DNA from: Antedon mediterranea
Lineage: Eukaryota; Animalia; Echinodermata
NCBI RefSeq assembly: GCF_964355755.1
Contig: NC_092675.1
Span: 9,915,812 to 9,979,811 of the forward strand
Reading direction: 5' to 3'
DNA length: 64,000 nt
Position 1 is the first letter of the stretch, and each line of letters begins with the position of its first letter. Under the pieces are notes generated by a model, which saw nothing but the letters and a program-made list of their open reading frames with translations, was not told the DNA's origin and did no database searches. Below are positions 15,501 through 26,794 of this stretch, one piece after another. A program made the translations under genes and the position numbers.

Positions 15501-17859
15501 AACCAGCAATTTATATTACCTCATACCTCATATCAATTGTTTGGTTAAAGACACTAGACTAGCAATTTATATTACTTCATACCTCATATCAATTGTTTGG
15601 TTAAGACACAAGACCGCCAATTTATATTACCTCATACCTCATATCAATTGTTTGGTTAAGACACTAGACCAGCAATTTATATTACTTCATACCTCATATC
15701 AATTGTTTGGTTAAAGACACTAGACCAGCAATTTATATTACTTCATACCTCATATCAATTGTTTGGTTAAGACACTAGACCGCCAATTTATATTACCTCA
15801 TACCTCATATCAATTGTTTGGTTAAAGACACTAGACCGCCAATTTATATTACCTCATACCTCATATCAATTGTTTGGTTAAAGACACTAGACCGCCAATT
15901 TATATTACCTCATACCTCATATCAATTGTTTGGTTAAAGACACTAGACCAGCAATTTATATTACCTCATACCTCATATCAATTGTTTGGTTAAAGACACT
16001 AAACCGCCAATTTATATTACCTCATACCTCATATCAATTGTTTGGTTAAAGACACTAAACCGCCAATTTATATTACCTCCATACCTCATATCAATTGTTT
16101 GGTTAAAGACACTAGACCAGCAATTTATATTACCTCATACCTCATATCAATTGTTTGGTTAAAGACACTAAACCGCCAATTTATATTACCTCATACCTCA
16201 TATCAATTGTTTGGTTAAAGACACTAGACCAGCAATTTATATTACCTCATACCTCATATCAATTGTTTGGTTAAAGACACTAAACCGCCAATTTATATTA
16301 CCCCATACCTCATATCAATTGTTTGGTTAAAGACACTAGACCAGCAATTTATATTACCTCATACCTCATATCAATTGTTTGGTTAAAGACACTAGACCAG
16401 CAATTTATATTACCTCATACCTCATATCAATTGTTTGGTTAAAGACACTAAACCAGCAATTTATATTACCTCATACCTCATATCAATTGTTTGGTTAAAG
16501 ACACTAGACCGCCAATTTATATTACCTCATACCTCATATCAATTGTTTGGTTAAGACACTAGACCAGCAATTTATATTACTTCATACCTCATATCAATTG
16601 TTTGGTTAAAGACACTAGACCAGCAATTTATATTACTTCATACCTCATATCAATTGTTTGGTTAAGACACTAGACCGCCAATTTATATTACCTCATACCT
16701 CATATCAATTGTTTGGTTAAAGACACTAGACCGCCAATTTATATTACCTCATACCTCATATCAATTGTTTGGTTAAAGACACTAGACCGCCAATTTATAT
16801 TACCTCATACCTCATATCAATTGTTTGGTTAAAGACACTAGACCAGCAATTTATATTACCTCATACCTCATATCAATTGTTTGGTTAAAGACACTAGACC
16901 AGCAATTTATATTACCTCATACCTCATATCAATTGTTTGGTTAAAGACACTAAACCAGCAATTTATATTACCTCATACCTCATATCAATTGTTTGGTTAA
17001 AGACACTAAACCGCCAATTTATATTACCTCATACCTCATATCAATTGTTTGGTTAAAGACACTAGACCAGCAATTTATATTACCTCATACCTCATATCAA
17101 TTGTTTGGTTAAAGACACTAGACCAGCAATTTATATTACCTCATACCTCATATCAATTGTTTGGTTAAAGACACTAGACCAGCAATTTATATTACTTCAT
17201 ACCTCATATCAATTGTTTGGTTAAAGACACTAAACCAGCAATTTATATTACCTCATACCTCATATCAATTGTTTGGTTAAAGACACTAAACCGCCAATTT
17301 ATATTACCTCATACCTCATATCAATTGTTTGGTTAAAGACACTAGACCAGCAATTTATATTACTTCATACCTTATATCAATTGTTTGGTTAAAGACACTA
17401 GACCGCCAATTTATATTACCTCATACCTCATATCAATTGTTTGGTTAAAGACACTAAACCAGCAATTTATATTACTTCATACCTCATATCAATTGTTTGG
17501 TTAAGACACTAGACCGCCAATTTATATTACCTCATACCTCGTATCAATTGTTTGGTTAAAGACACTAGACCGCCAATTTATATTACCTCATACCTCATAT
17601 CAATTGTTTGGTTAAAGACACTAGACCGCCAATTTATATTACCTCATACCTCATATCAATTGTTTGGTTAAAGACACTAGACCGCCAATTTATATTACCT
17701 CATACCTCATATCAATTGTTTGGTTAAAGACACTAGACCAGCAATTTATATTACCTCATACCTCATATCAATTGTTTGGTTAAAGACACTAGACCGCCAA
17801 TTTATATTACCTCATACCTCATATCAATTGTTTGGTTAAAGACACTAAACCGCCAATTT
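12543..17859. repeat. 56-bp satellite, ~95 copies
   Basis: Unit AATTTATATTACCTCATACCTCATATCAATTGTTTGGTTAAAGACACTAGACCAGC (55-57 bp variants) repeated without interruption. Confidence 0.98.
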
Positions 17860-18490
17860 TGACGTTTTGTACAAATAATGCATATATAAAACTTAGTAAA
17901 TACATTAAAGATGTAGGCCTATTGTCCCCCAAAAACATGAAAAATAAAGATAGGCCATTTCGCAGTTTTAATAAAGTTATTTATTTCTGTAGAAAAAAAA
18001 CAATCAACGCAATTATTTCACTAATAAAAAGACAAAAGAAATGGTTAAATTTAACCAAAAACCATTGTCTGACGGACAATTGAGGTATTTTTTGCTATAA
18101 ATTACATTTTTGCAGGTAAATAATTTTTCATTTTAATCCAGTTTTTAGTCAAAGTGATATGTGACATTAAAATGGCATATTCAACAAAACATTTAAAAAA
18201 ATTGTTTTTTTAGTTGGACAATATATCTTTATACCAGCTTATTCCTTATATTAAATGTGTGTTCTAAGTTTTATTTTAATAAAAAGAGAAAAACAATGCA
18301 CTACCTAAGTAGCTCGATGTTGGGATATATTGCGGGCCGCTAACATTATTAAAATCGACTTATTTGTCACATTTTTAACTGTTTAAAGATGAAAAAAATA
18401 TCACAATAGATCCATAAAGTATTTATTTTTACATAAAATGTAGTGTGTGATTTTAAATTAGGTCAAAACATGTAGGTCTAATGTCTTTAA
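17836..18490. mobile_element. TTAA-flanked MITE (Kolobok-like) whose left terminus is the last satellite unit
   Basis: Left TTAA|AGACACTAAACC; right GGTCTAATGTCT|TTAA (reverse complement TTAA|AGACATTAGACC). A TTAA TSD with AG..CT termini fits Kolobok. A partial second copy lies at 7850. Confidence 0.7.
17905..18232. mobile_element. ~300-bp Kolobok-like MITE nested in the 17836-18490 element
   Basis: TTAA|AGATGTA(GGCCTA)TTGTCC...GGACAATATATCT|TTAT; internal sequence (AAAACATGAAAAT..ATAGGCCATTTCGCAG..CATTAAAATGGCATATTCAACAAAA) shared with 29655 and 38166. Confidence 0.7.
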
Positions 18491-19247
18491 CTTTGTAAAT
18501 GTCATAAGGTTTGTTTCTATTGCAAAAAATAACTGATTAAATATATACACAAAATTGATTGGGTATTAGAATTTCATTTAACCAATTTATTAAGTGCAAG
18601 ATTGGTTCAAACTTTAAATAGCACAAATATTCAGAATACAGCTTTGAATACCCAGTTTTACCTTTTGAAGCAATAAAAACAATATAGTTTTACTAAGATG
18701 TTTTATTGACAAACTCTATTCACCATTACGGTTGGTAAGGTTTTAACCGGACTACATTTTCACAGAGGCTTGACAACCCGGTGACTTGAACAGAGATTGT
18801 TTTCTTGCGAGATTTGTGCAAACTGCATATTATGAAACGTGTTACGAAACGTTATTGAAGCTTTTTTCTCAGCTATTTTGTGATACCTTTTTCATGATGT
18901 TTTCAATATTCAGGTTGCATTATTTTATTATATTTGAAAATTGGTTTATTGGTACTACAGTCTGCAACAACCTTCTTCCTCACTTAACAGAGAAATAATT
19001 TTTTCTTTGATATGCCATGCATTTGCACATGATTTAGATATAGGTTTTAAAAATATATATTTTCTATTATTAGCTGGCGATAACTACATTAGCTGGGAGA
19101 CAATTTTCGTTACTACATTGCTGTTGACCATTCTCGCTGGTGTTGATTTTTATTTACTACATAAGCTGTTGGGTGTTTCTACATTAGCTGGAGGTTTTAC
19201 TAAATTAGCAGAGGATTGTTCTACATTAATGGTTGTAACAAGCAGTA

Positions 19248-20206
19248 TAGTCTGGGTTCCAGACGGAGTTTTTTCTTAATATTAGTAAAAAGATAAATAT
19301 TTTGGCACATATGGCGTTTCATACGTATACTACTTGATTTTGGATACTCCGTCTGGGGAAACACGCACAAGTCACGTGGTTTGACACGAATTCTTGGTGC
19401 ATACGATTATCCGGTTGACTAGTTTCAGCTGCATGCGATTGGCTACTCACTCGTACACCGTTTTAATATTCATATTTCAGAATTTCAAAGACTCGACAAC
19501 TAAGATGATGCGCATGCGCTATGTTACGTTTAGACAATGTGTACTTGGTTACATTTATGAAAGTTTCTGAAGGCTAGAAATTATTTTATATGCCTAGTAG
19601 TCTGGTAAACATTTTGATGGGATTTTTCCCAAGAACATGAAAACTCGTCTTGATATGATAGGCTATAGCTTCTCCGCAAATCAAACATTGAATGGATCAT
19701 TTATTACGCGGAGATAATTTTGATTTAATTCCCACCCAGACCCTGTCCTGTTCTGTGTGGTCGTGTAGCCCTGTTGTTGTGTGCCGCCGGCAGTGGTGGT
19801 ATGTAGGCCTACTTTATTGGCGTTTTATTTGGCAGGTCATACGTGCGAATTGAGTAGGACCTACGAAAGAGGCCTAGGCCAAGGACTAAACAATTAATAA
19901 ACAAAACAACTTGGCATTACGATTTATATTTCAACAGTCTCGATCGTACATTCAGCACTGTACGTACTCGATCTTTTTCATTTTGAAACAAAATGATCAT
20001 TGGTTGATTCGAAATCCATTTACATACCGCCCGCCCCATATAGCCAAATACGGTATGATAAACTACGTCATTCTTATCGGATGTTTGCGGTCTGCAAATC
20101 GATTTCTATACCTGTTTCACAAGTCTGTATTTTCAGACAAAAATCGTGGTCGAAATAAAAACAAATAAATAAAAAAAATAGATAATACAGACTTGGGGCA
20201 AGTCTA
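19248..20206. mobile_element. Non-autonomous DNA transposon with TAG...CTA ends and 9-bp TSD (AcademH-like)
   Basis: Direct repeat CAAGCAGTA at 19239-19247 and 20207-20215; ends TAGTCTGGGTTCCAGAC and AGACTTGGGGCAAGTCTA each form a small hairpin; interior is CpG-richer than the flanks. Confidence 0.65.
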
Positions 20207-23200
20207 CAAGCAGTACAGTACAAGAGCCCAAACTGTTATAGTGCTTTAACATAAAAACAAAAGCAGCCATAAATAATTGAAAGGAACCCTTTTTTCAACT
20301 TAGCTCAGCATCCAGCAGTTAACTTATAAAATAAATCAATTTAATGCTTCCTCACACCTGTTCACATACCTGTTCTAATTGCTATAGTAACATGTAACAT
20401 TAATTGCTATAGTAACACATAGATATAATGGTTTTAACTTCCTGGTGATGCAATGGTCAGGACCATTGAAGTTTAGCTAGCCGTTTTATTGTGATTCTGA
20501 ACTATATTATGGACCTCAGTGTCAGATATATGTTTTAAAATAATGGGGATGGGACAAGAGCAACATTAAAAATGAATTGTCCTTTACTTTACTTTTTAAT
20601 TATTCAGAATAAAAAATAATGCAATGTTAAAACTCATTGGATTGGCTGGAGATTATAAGGCAATTACTAATTTAATTTTGAATTTTAATTATAATTTCTA
20701 GATTTTAAAGTTTGTTAATTTTTACTTATATTATTGCACAAAATATAATATTGTATTTCGTTATATAAAATTAACATTGTTCATGCAGTGATTAACTTTA
20801 GATTTTGAATGCAAATAGATACACAATGAATAATTGTTTGAATTTGCTGGTAGGATATGCCTGATCTCAGCGCATTATGACAACATGGGAATTTATTCTT
20901 AATTATTGTGTAAATATGCAGTATGATGAAGATGATATTCAGTTTTGAAAGATGCTTTTTGCCAGAATGAAAGGACAGAAAGTAGAAAGAATAAATAAAA
21001 CTAATAATAAAAAATGTAAAGTAATATGTTGATTGATCATAAACTTTTACATGATGATGACTTAATAGAGCAGTACTTGACCTGGATTGACCTCAACTGA
21101 TCTCCCAGTCATTAACTCAATGATAGACATATGAAAATCTCTAGAAGGTCCAATGTGTGTAGGAATTATAAATTCCAATGAAGTAAAATTATGTCCCCAT
21201 CTGCATTTTTTTGACACAACAAAAAATCTTATTTAATTATTGATTCATAAGAACTGACCCTGAAAGTCAAGGTTATTTTGTTGGGTTAAAACTAATGTGT
21301 TTTTAAATTGCTGGGGCCTAATTTCTGCAGCATCAATACAATTCATAATTATACTGACCTGCATTTTGAAACTGTTTCAATGTGTGCAGTAACTATAACA
21401 TGTCAACATTACCCAACATGCAATGCATTCAAATGATCAAATGGTCAAGATGTAGGTAGTTGTCTCAAGGCCATTAAATATTAATTTGGATTTCGCCTAA
21501 AATTTGCATGATAACTAGAAAAATGGTGCCAAGATCCAATCATCGAAATATACATTTTTCCATCCCCTGAATCCATACCGATGGCCCTTGATGGCCCTCT
21601 GTCCGGTCACTGCTCGCTACCCTAGCAAAATACTCAGTATACCGGAGATTACCCAACATTGAATTGCATAACCCCCTTTCCCTATACTACACTTCTAGAT
21701 CCATCCCTGTGTATAAACAAACTAACCAAAAAAATTTTCTATGCCACTACATCTTCCATTAAAAATATGTTAAAGATTTTTGCCTAAAGCTAAAAGAATA
21801 TTGCAGTGAACTAGATCAACATGTAGTTACCTTTGTTCTATTAAACATGAAGTCTACAGAACATTTACAACACTTGCTAAATTTAAATTACTTGAATGCT
21901 ATTTTCTTTGCGTCATCTACATTACTGTATCTCATGAGAAAAACAAATTTAATACTATTTTAAAAGTAGCAAAATCTCATCAAAATTGATGTGCCTTGAA
22001 ATAATAAATTCAACTGCAGTGAATATAAATTGACAGTCTACATATCGTGTTGGCCTAATTTAGATCTGTGAATATTTATCCAATTTATTATTTTGTAAGC
22101 TATTTATTTGTATTTCCAATGAACTATTGCATTCTGTATTACAAATGTTGACTATTGAAATAATAATCATTTATTTCAAATATTTGAATCGTTCTAGTTA
22201 TTAAATTTTACAATTACCCATATTAGATCATTTATAAACAATAGGTAGATAGATAGATAGATATTGTGTAAAACTTTGAGTTTATCATAGCTCCTAAACG
22301 TAATATACTGTCTACTAGCACAGAACATTAGTCGGTATAATTCTCGATAAATGTATAATTCTCGATAAATGTTCCATAACAGAGGCAAGTGTTAAAGGTT
22401 ATGGAAGGCTTAAAGCATTCATTTTAAAGGCTCACTGCCCATTTTATGTGAATATCAACTGAAGATTTTGCACTTAAAATATGCAAAGAATCTGATTATA
22501 TCTTTTATTTCAAACATTACTTGTAATCCTATTGATATATTAACAATATGTATTGGTATATTTATTTCTTATAGAAACACATTATTTTTGCAAATATTTA
22601 TATTTAAGAATTTCTGGTAAATATCACTATGAATAAAAATTTCGAAGAGTTTCTTTTTAAAATAGATTTAATTGGAGAATTTTATAAAATGTTGTAAAAT
22701 CATAGGTAACCACAAGCTGTAAAGCAAAAGGACTTTTTACTAATATACTGTATAAGTATACTGCACTTTTCAAACTATGAAACAGAGGTGAATGTGATGG
22801 TAAATAGGTGACGATTTCTCCCCTTTTGTGAACAGCCTTGTACAAATCCTAGCTAAGGGCTTTACTTTGACACACAGTTTATGAATATATTACATTATAT
22901 ATAGGGCTACAACTAGTTTATTGATTGTCACCATGGATACAAAAAGACCATCTTGTTTTATTGTGAGTGATAACAAATTAATCAATTTCAGTCAATTTGT
23001 TACAACAAATAGTTTTAATATGATTGGCAGGAGAAGAAGATTTATGCTTCATTACATTTTGTCAATAGAGAATATAAAAACAACTGAAACTCATGTCCAA
23101 GAGCTTCAATTTAATTCAATTCTTTTATTTACATAGTGATTATCTTTGCGTTATTTAAGGGTTGTTGGACAAGTTTAAACTGCAAAGGTTTTCAACTTCT

Positions 23201-23840
23201 TTAAAGGTTCATGTCGTGTCAGTGTACACATCTAGCTCATATGCACTTGCTTAACAAATACTGAACACTCACTTTATTACGAAAGAGCCAATAGATTATC
23301 CAAGCTTGAATCTAAAAAGTATACCCTCTTGGGAAAGCCTGGTTCATCCCTTGTAATTGTAATAATATTATTAATGTTGATAATATATATTTGGATCAAG
23401 GTCATTAACACTGCACAGTAGTGCAGGCAAAATTAAGTAGTCTGTAATGGCTCATCCATGATACTGTAGTTCAAGGTACAGTAATATAGGTGGCGCTATT
23501 TTTAAATAGCTGTTAAAACAGCTCTTAACCAGCTGGATTTATTATTACTGTACTCAGTAATAATGCAACACAATATGGTGTTGAATATTAATTAGAACAT
23601 CCTTTACTGCAGAGAACATTATATCATGTATAATCAATATTATATTAGTTTTCCAGACCCAAAAATATGTTTTAATGTTATTTTAGTGCATGCATCAATG
23701 GTGTGAAAGATATTACTTGATACAAACAAATTAGAACTAGAATAATTATTATAGAATATTGGTAGCTATAAGTAGCATTTTGCATGATATTGTTATACAT
23801 TATTTTGATTAAAACAAAAATTGTTTGATTATTTTTCCAG

Positions 23841-23992
23841 GTAAATCCTGGTGGAAAGGCAGCGAAAGGACAGATCTGCATTGGAGATACTTTGTTACAA
23901 ATTGACGGAATTAATACAAACCACTTGGATATATTACAAGCACAGGGGATTATAAAAGCTGTTAGAGGATCTTTACAATTACAATTATTAAG
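23841..23992 (+). CDS. Host gene exon: C-terminal half of a PDZ domain (Zasp/ALP/Enigma PDLIM-like protein)
   Basis: ttttccag|...AG|gtatga; 152 bp, phase 0-2; VNPGGKAAKGQICIGDTLLQIDGINTNHLDILQAQGIIKAVRGSLQLQLL fits the PDLIM-type PDZ pattern (V.PGGKA....GD.IL.I.G.......L.AQ..IK.....L.L.L). Confidence 0.88.
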
Positions 23993-24629
23993 GTATGAAT
24001 AGTTTGATATAGTATTCTTGTTTATTGAGGAAGCAAAGTTACCCACCCCAAAACAATTCCCAGTAAAATTCTGGTCATTTGTATGGATGTGTGTAATTTG
24101 TATTAGATAGTATATATTCATACATTTTCTATCCTCAAGTACATTGTCATGACTAAAGGCCAACTCAGAGAGCATTGTATGATGAGACCTGACCAGTCAG
24201 AAAATAAAAAATGTTTAAAGTTTCCCGACGACCTAAAAAAACTATCACAAGATGACTCGTCTTGACGGAATTCAACTCAGACAGCACTGACGATTCATGA
24301 CATTTGTCAGGCCTCATAAGATGCTGTGTGATTTGGGTTTAAGGGGCTTCTTGGTATAAAATAAATAGAATAGAATGGATGATCCTTTAGGATACTGCAG
24401 AAAGAAACAACCAACATGCTGTGTAAATGGAAACAGAGAGCCATAGAAAGGAATTTAACTCTGGTATCTACAGTAGGCCTATCTGCTAGCTAGTACAATA
24501 TATTATTTAATGGGTCATTGGCGAATTCACTTTTTGGCAGGGTCTATATAAGAAAAAAGATACTTTTTTTCTTGGCAAGTAACATTTTTTATTATTTATT
24601 GTTTTTTTTATTTGTTCTCCAATTTGTAG

Positions 24630-24724
24630 GGAATACGCATCAGATACCTCAGACGACAGCATGTCAATAACCAGTACAACAAGTAGTTCATACAGAATAC
24701 TTCCAAATGATCAAGTAACATCAG
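24630..24724 (+). CDS. Host gene exon (Ser/Thr-rich linker)
   Basis: ttgtag|G...TCAG|gtaaag; phase 2-1, in frame with the PDZ exon: (R)EYASDTSDDSMSITSTTSSSYRILPNDQVTS. Confidence 0.8.
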
Positions 24725-24902
24725 GTAAAGTTATGCTAATTTGTTATTATGTTATCATATTGTATCCTATTATCTTTCAAGTTAATTGATGATCAGTATG
24801 GTTGTATTTCCTCTTAAACTATGAAGTATCGTATAGACTAGTGATAACTAATCTCAACAATAAATCAAGAGAAAAATGAATCTTAACATAAGAGAAGATT
24901 TA

Positions 24903-25835
24903 GGGCCTGTTTCTGCTGAGCAGAAATAATCGATTATTAACCGTTTATCTTTTTTAATCGATTATTTTTGGGCAGCAGAAACAGCGCAAAATAAAATAAC
25001 CGATTAAAAATAACCGATTAAAAACACTCAATCCATTGCGTGTTTTAATCGATTATTTCTTGTTTTAACCGCTTATTGCGGAGCAGTTTTGAGCTGCAAC
25101 ACAAATAGCGCTTATTGACCCCCATTTTGACCTCTAGAGTATGGCAAACTCAGATCATTCACATCACAAAGCATGCTGTTTATTTGCGCAATATTGACGA
25201 CGATCAGCAAAACAACGATCGCGATGTAGACCGAATAACAATCAAATGTTAAACATTTGATTTTTATTATTTTGTGGGGGAGAATTATACCGAGAGACTC
25301 CAGAGGTGTTACAAGTACACCGTTACATCCCACCAACAAGTACACCGTTACATCCCACCAGTCCAGGCTAACGATGTTTTACATGTCCTTTTTTAGGCCT
25401 GTTGTCTGTTGACTTGTTTCGGTAGAAATATATAGCCTATTTATAGGCCTAGCAGGCCGAAAATAGAACCAACGAACGGCAAAACAAACTTTTCTCGCCG
25501 ACGTGTCTTCTTAATATAACATCATTATTCTGTTGTATGTAGTAAGGTAGTAGGCCTAGATGTTTATTTTACAGATAATATAGCTTTACGTAAGAGTAAT
25601 TTTTAATCCTACATGTGAGAGTTTCAGTCAGCGATAGGATGTAAACAAACCAAATCTCATCGGCCTTTCATAACTTGAACTGCGCTGTGGGGGAATGATG
25701 ACGTGATTTTAAAAATCGATTACCTGAATAACCGATTAAAGTCGTAGCAATTTTCAATTGCAACGCGATTATTTTTGTGGTTTGCGGTGACTGGAAAAAA
25801 TCAATTATTTTGATGTTTTCAGCAGAAACAGACCC
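24903..25835. mobile_element. Non-autonomous PIF/Harbinger-like MITE
   Basis: TIRs GGGCCTGTTTCTGCTGA / TCAGCAGAAACAGACCC, TTA TSD on both sides, subterminal AATCGATTA/AACCGATTA repeats. Confidence 0.85.
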
Positions 25836-25871
25836 TTAGAAAGAAAAAAATGTCAAACGAAGTGTTATATA

Positions 25872-26162
25872 TTAAAGGACAGATGTGAGCAAAAATGTTT
25901 AATTGTTCATATGTTGTAGTTCATAATAAAAGTGTATCCAGCTGTTATTTTTTGGATATCTTATTAGAACACTTGATTATTTGAAAAACATTCATAAGTT
26001 TCAAGTGGGTAAAATTCCTGTTGTGAGAAACTCAAAAGATACTGAACTTTATATTCACCAGTCTAGTTTCTGATGTTGTTATATAACCAAATTTGAACTC
26101 AGGAAACTCATAAAGTGAGAATTTTATATTTCTGTTGTTATTAACTGCACATGTGTGTTTAA
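25872..26162. mobile_element. Possible degenerate TTAA-flanked MITE
   Basis: TTAA|AGGACAGATGTG...CACATGTGTGT|TTAA imperfect inverted ends. Confidence 0.3.
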
Positions 26163-26434
26163 AAATCTATGTACTACTCTAGTGTAGCAGATTTTTAAAA
26201 AAATGCTAGACTATAATGGAGACGTTTTGTCTTGCATCATCCGCCAACTTCAAACATTTATATAACTACTGTATTGAAGATGAAGGAAAATTTATTTAAA
26301 AAGAAAATAAAATGATGCAAATAAGCATATGCACTAAATAGTTTATGTAGATAGTTACACCCATAAAACTAGACATTTATTTGATTAGGTATATGCCATT
26401 TTGCTTGTTGGAATGCTTGTTGACTAAATTAACT

Positions 26435-26794
26435 AGCGAGTCATATGGCCGAGCGGTTAAGGCAGGGGCGCCGTTTATCGTACCTAAAGAGCCAACAACA
26501 ACATCGGCAAGGGTTCGAGGCCGACTCGCTCCTAGTTCTGGTGGTGGAACAAGTCTTCTCGGATAAGGACTATAAACCGTAGGTCCAGTGTACACAGTTA
26601 TAACCTGTGTGTACTTTAAAGAACCCAGTTCATTATTCGAAAAAGAGTAGGGGGTTACCCCGGTGAACTGGTTCACACAATAGCCTCTGTATCAGGGGGA
26701 TTACCACCTATCTGATAGGACAGTGATTAATTCACTATTGGTAATCCTTGGCCACAGTGCCTAAAGACATAAAATAAAATAAAAATAAATAAAA
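26435..26794 (+). mobile_element. tRNA-derived SINE
   Basis: A box TGGCCGAGCGGTTAAGGC, B box GGTTCGAGGCC, acceptor-stem-like pairing AGCGAGTC/GACTCGCT, central GGATAAGGACTATAAACCGTAGGTCC...AAGAGTAGGGGGTTACCCCGGTG, and an (AAAAT)n tail. Confidence 0.85.

Noticed and set aside
12543-17859. CRISPR-like appearance and the ORFs at 13411, 13915 and 14141
   Set aside because: There are no unique spacers, only near-identical units; the ORFs are translations of the satellite; the context is eukaryotic.
18950-19240. Degenerate TACATTAGCTG repeats ending in GGTTGTAACA as a defined transposon
   Set aside because: Probably an old element end, but no partner terminus or TSD could be identified.
23678-24175. 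165-aa minus-strand ORF, and similar antisense ORFs at 32089 and 53807
   Set aside because: Antisense shadows of the + strand exons, which have splice sites and consistent phases.
26435-26530. Functional tRNA gene
   Set aside because: No proper anticodon arm, spacer too long, and followed by a SINE body and A-rich tail.
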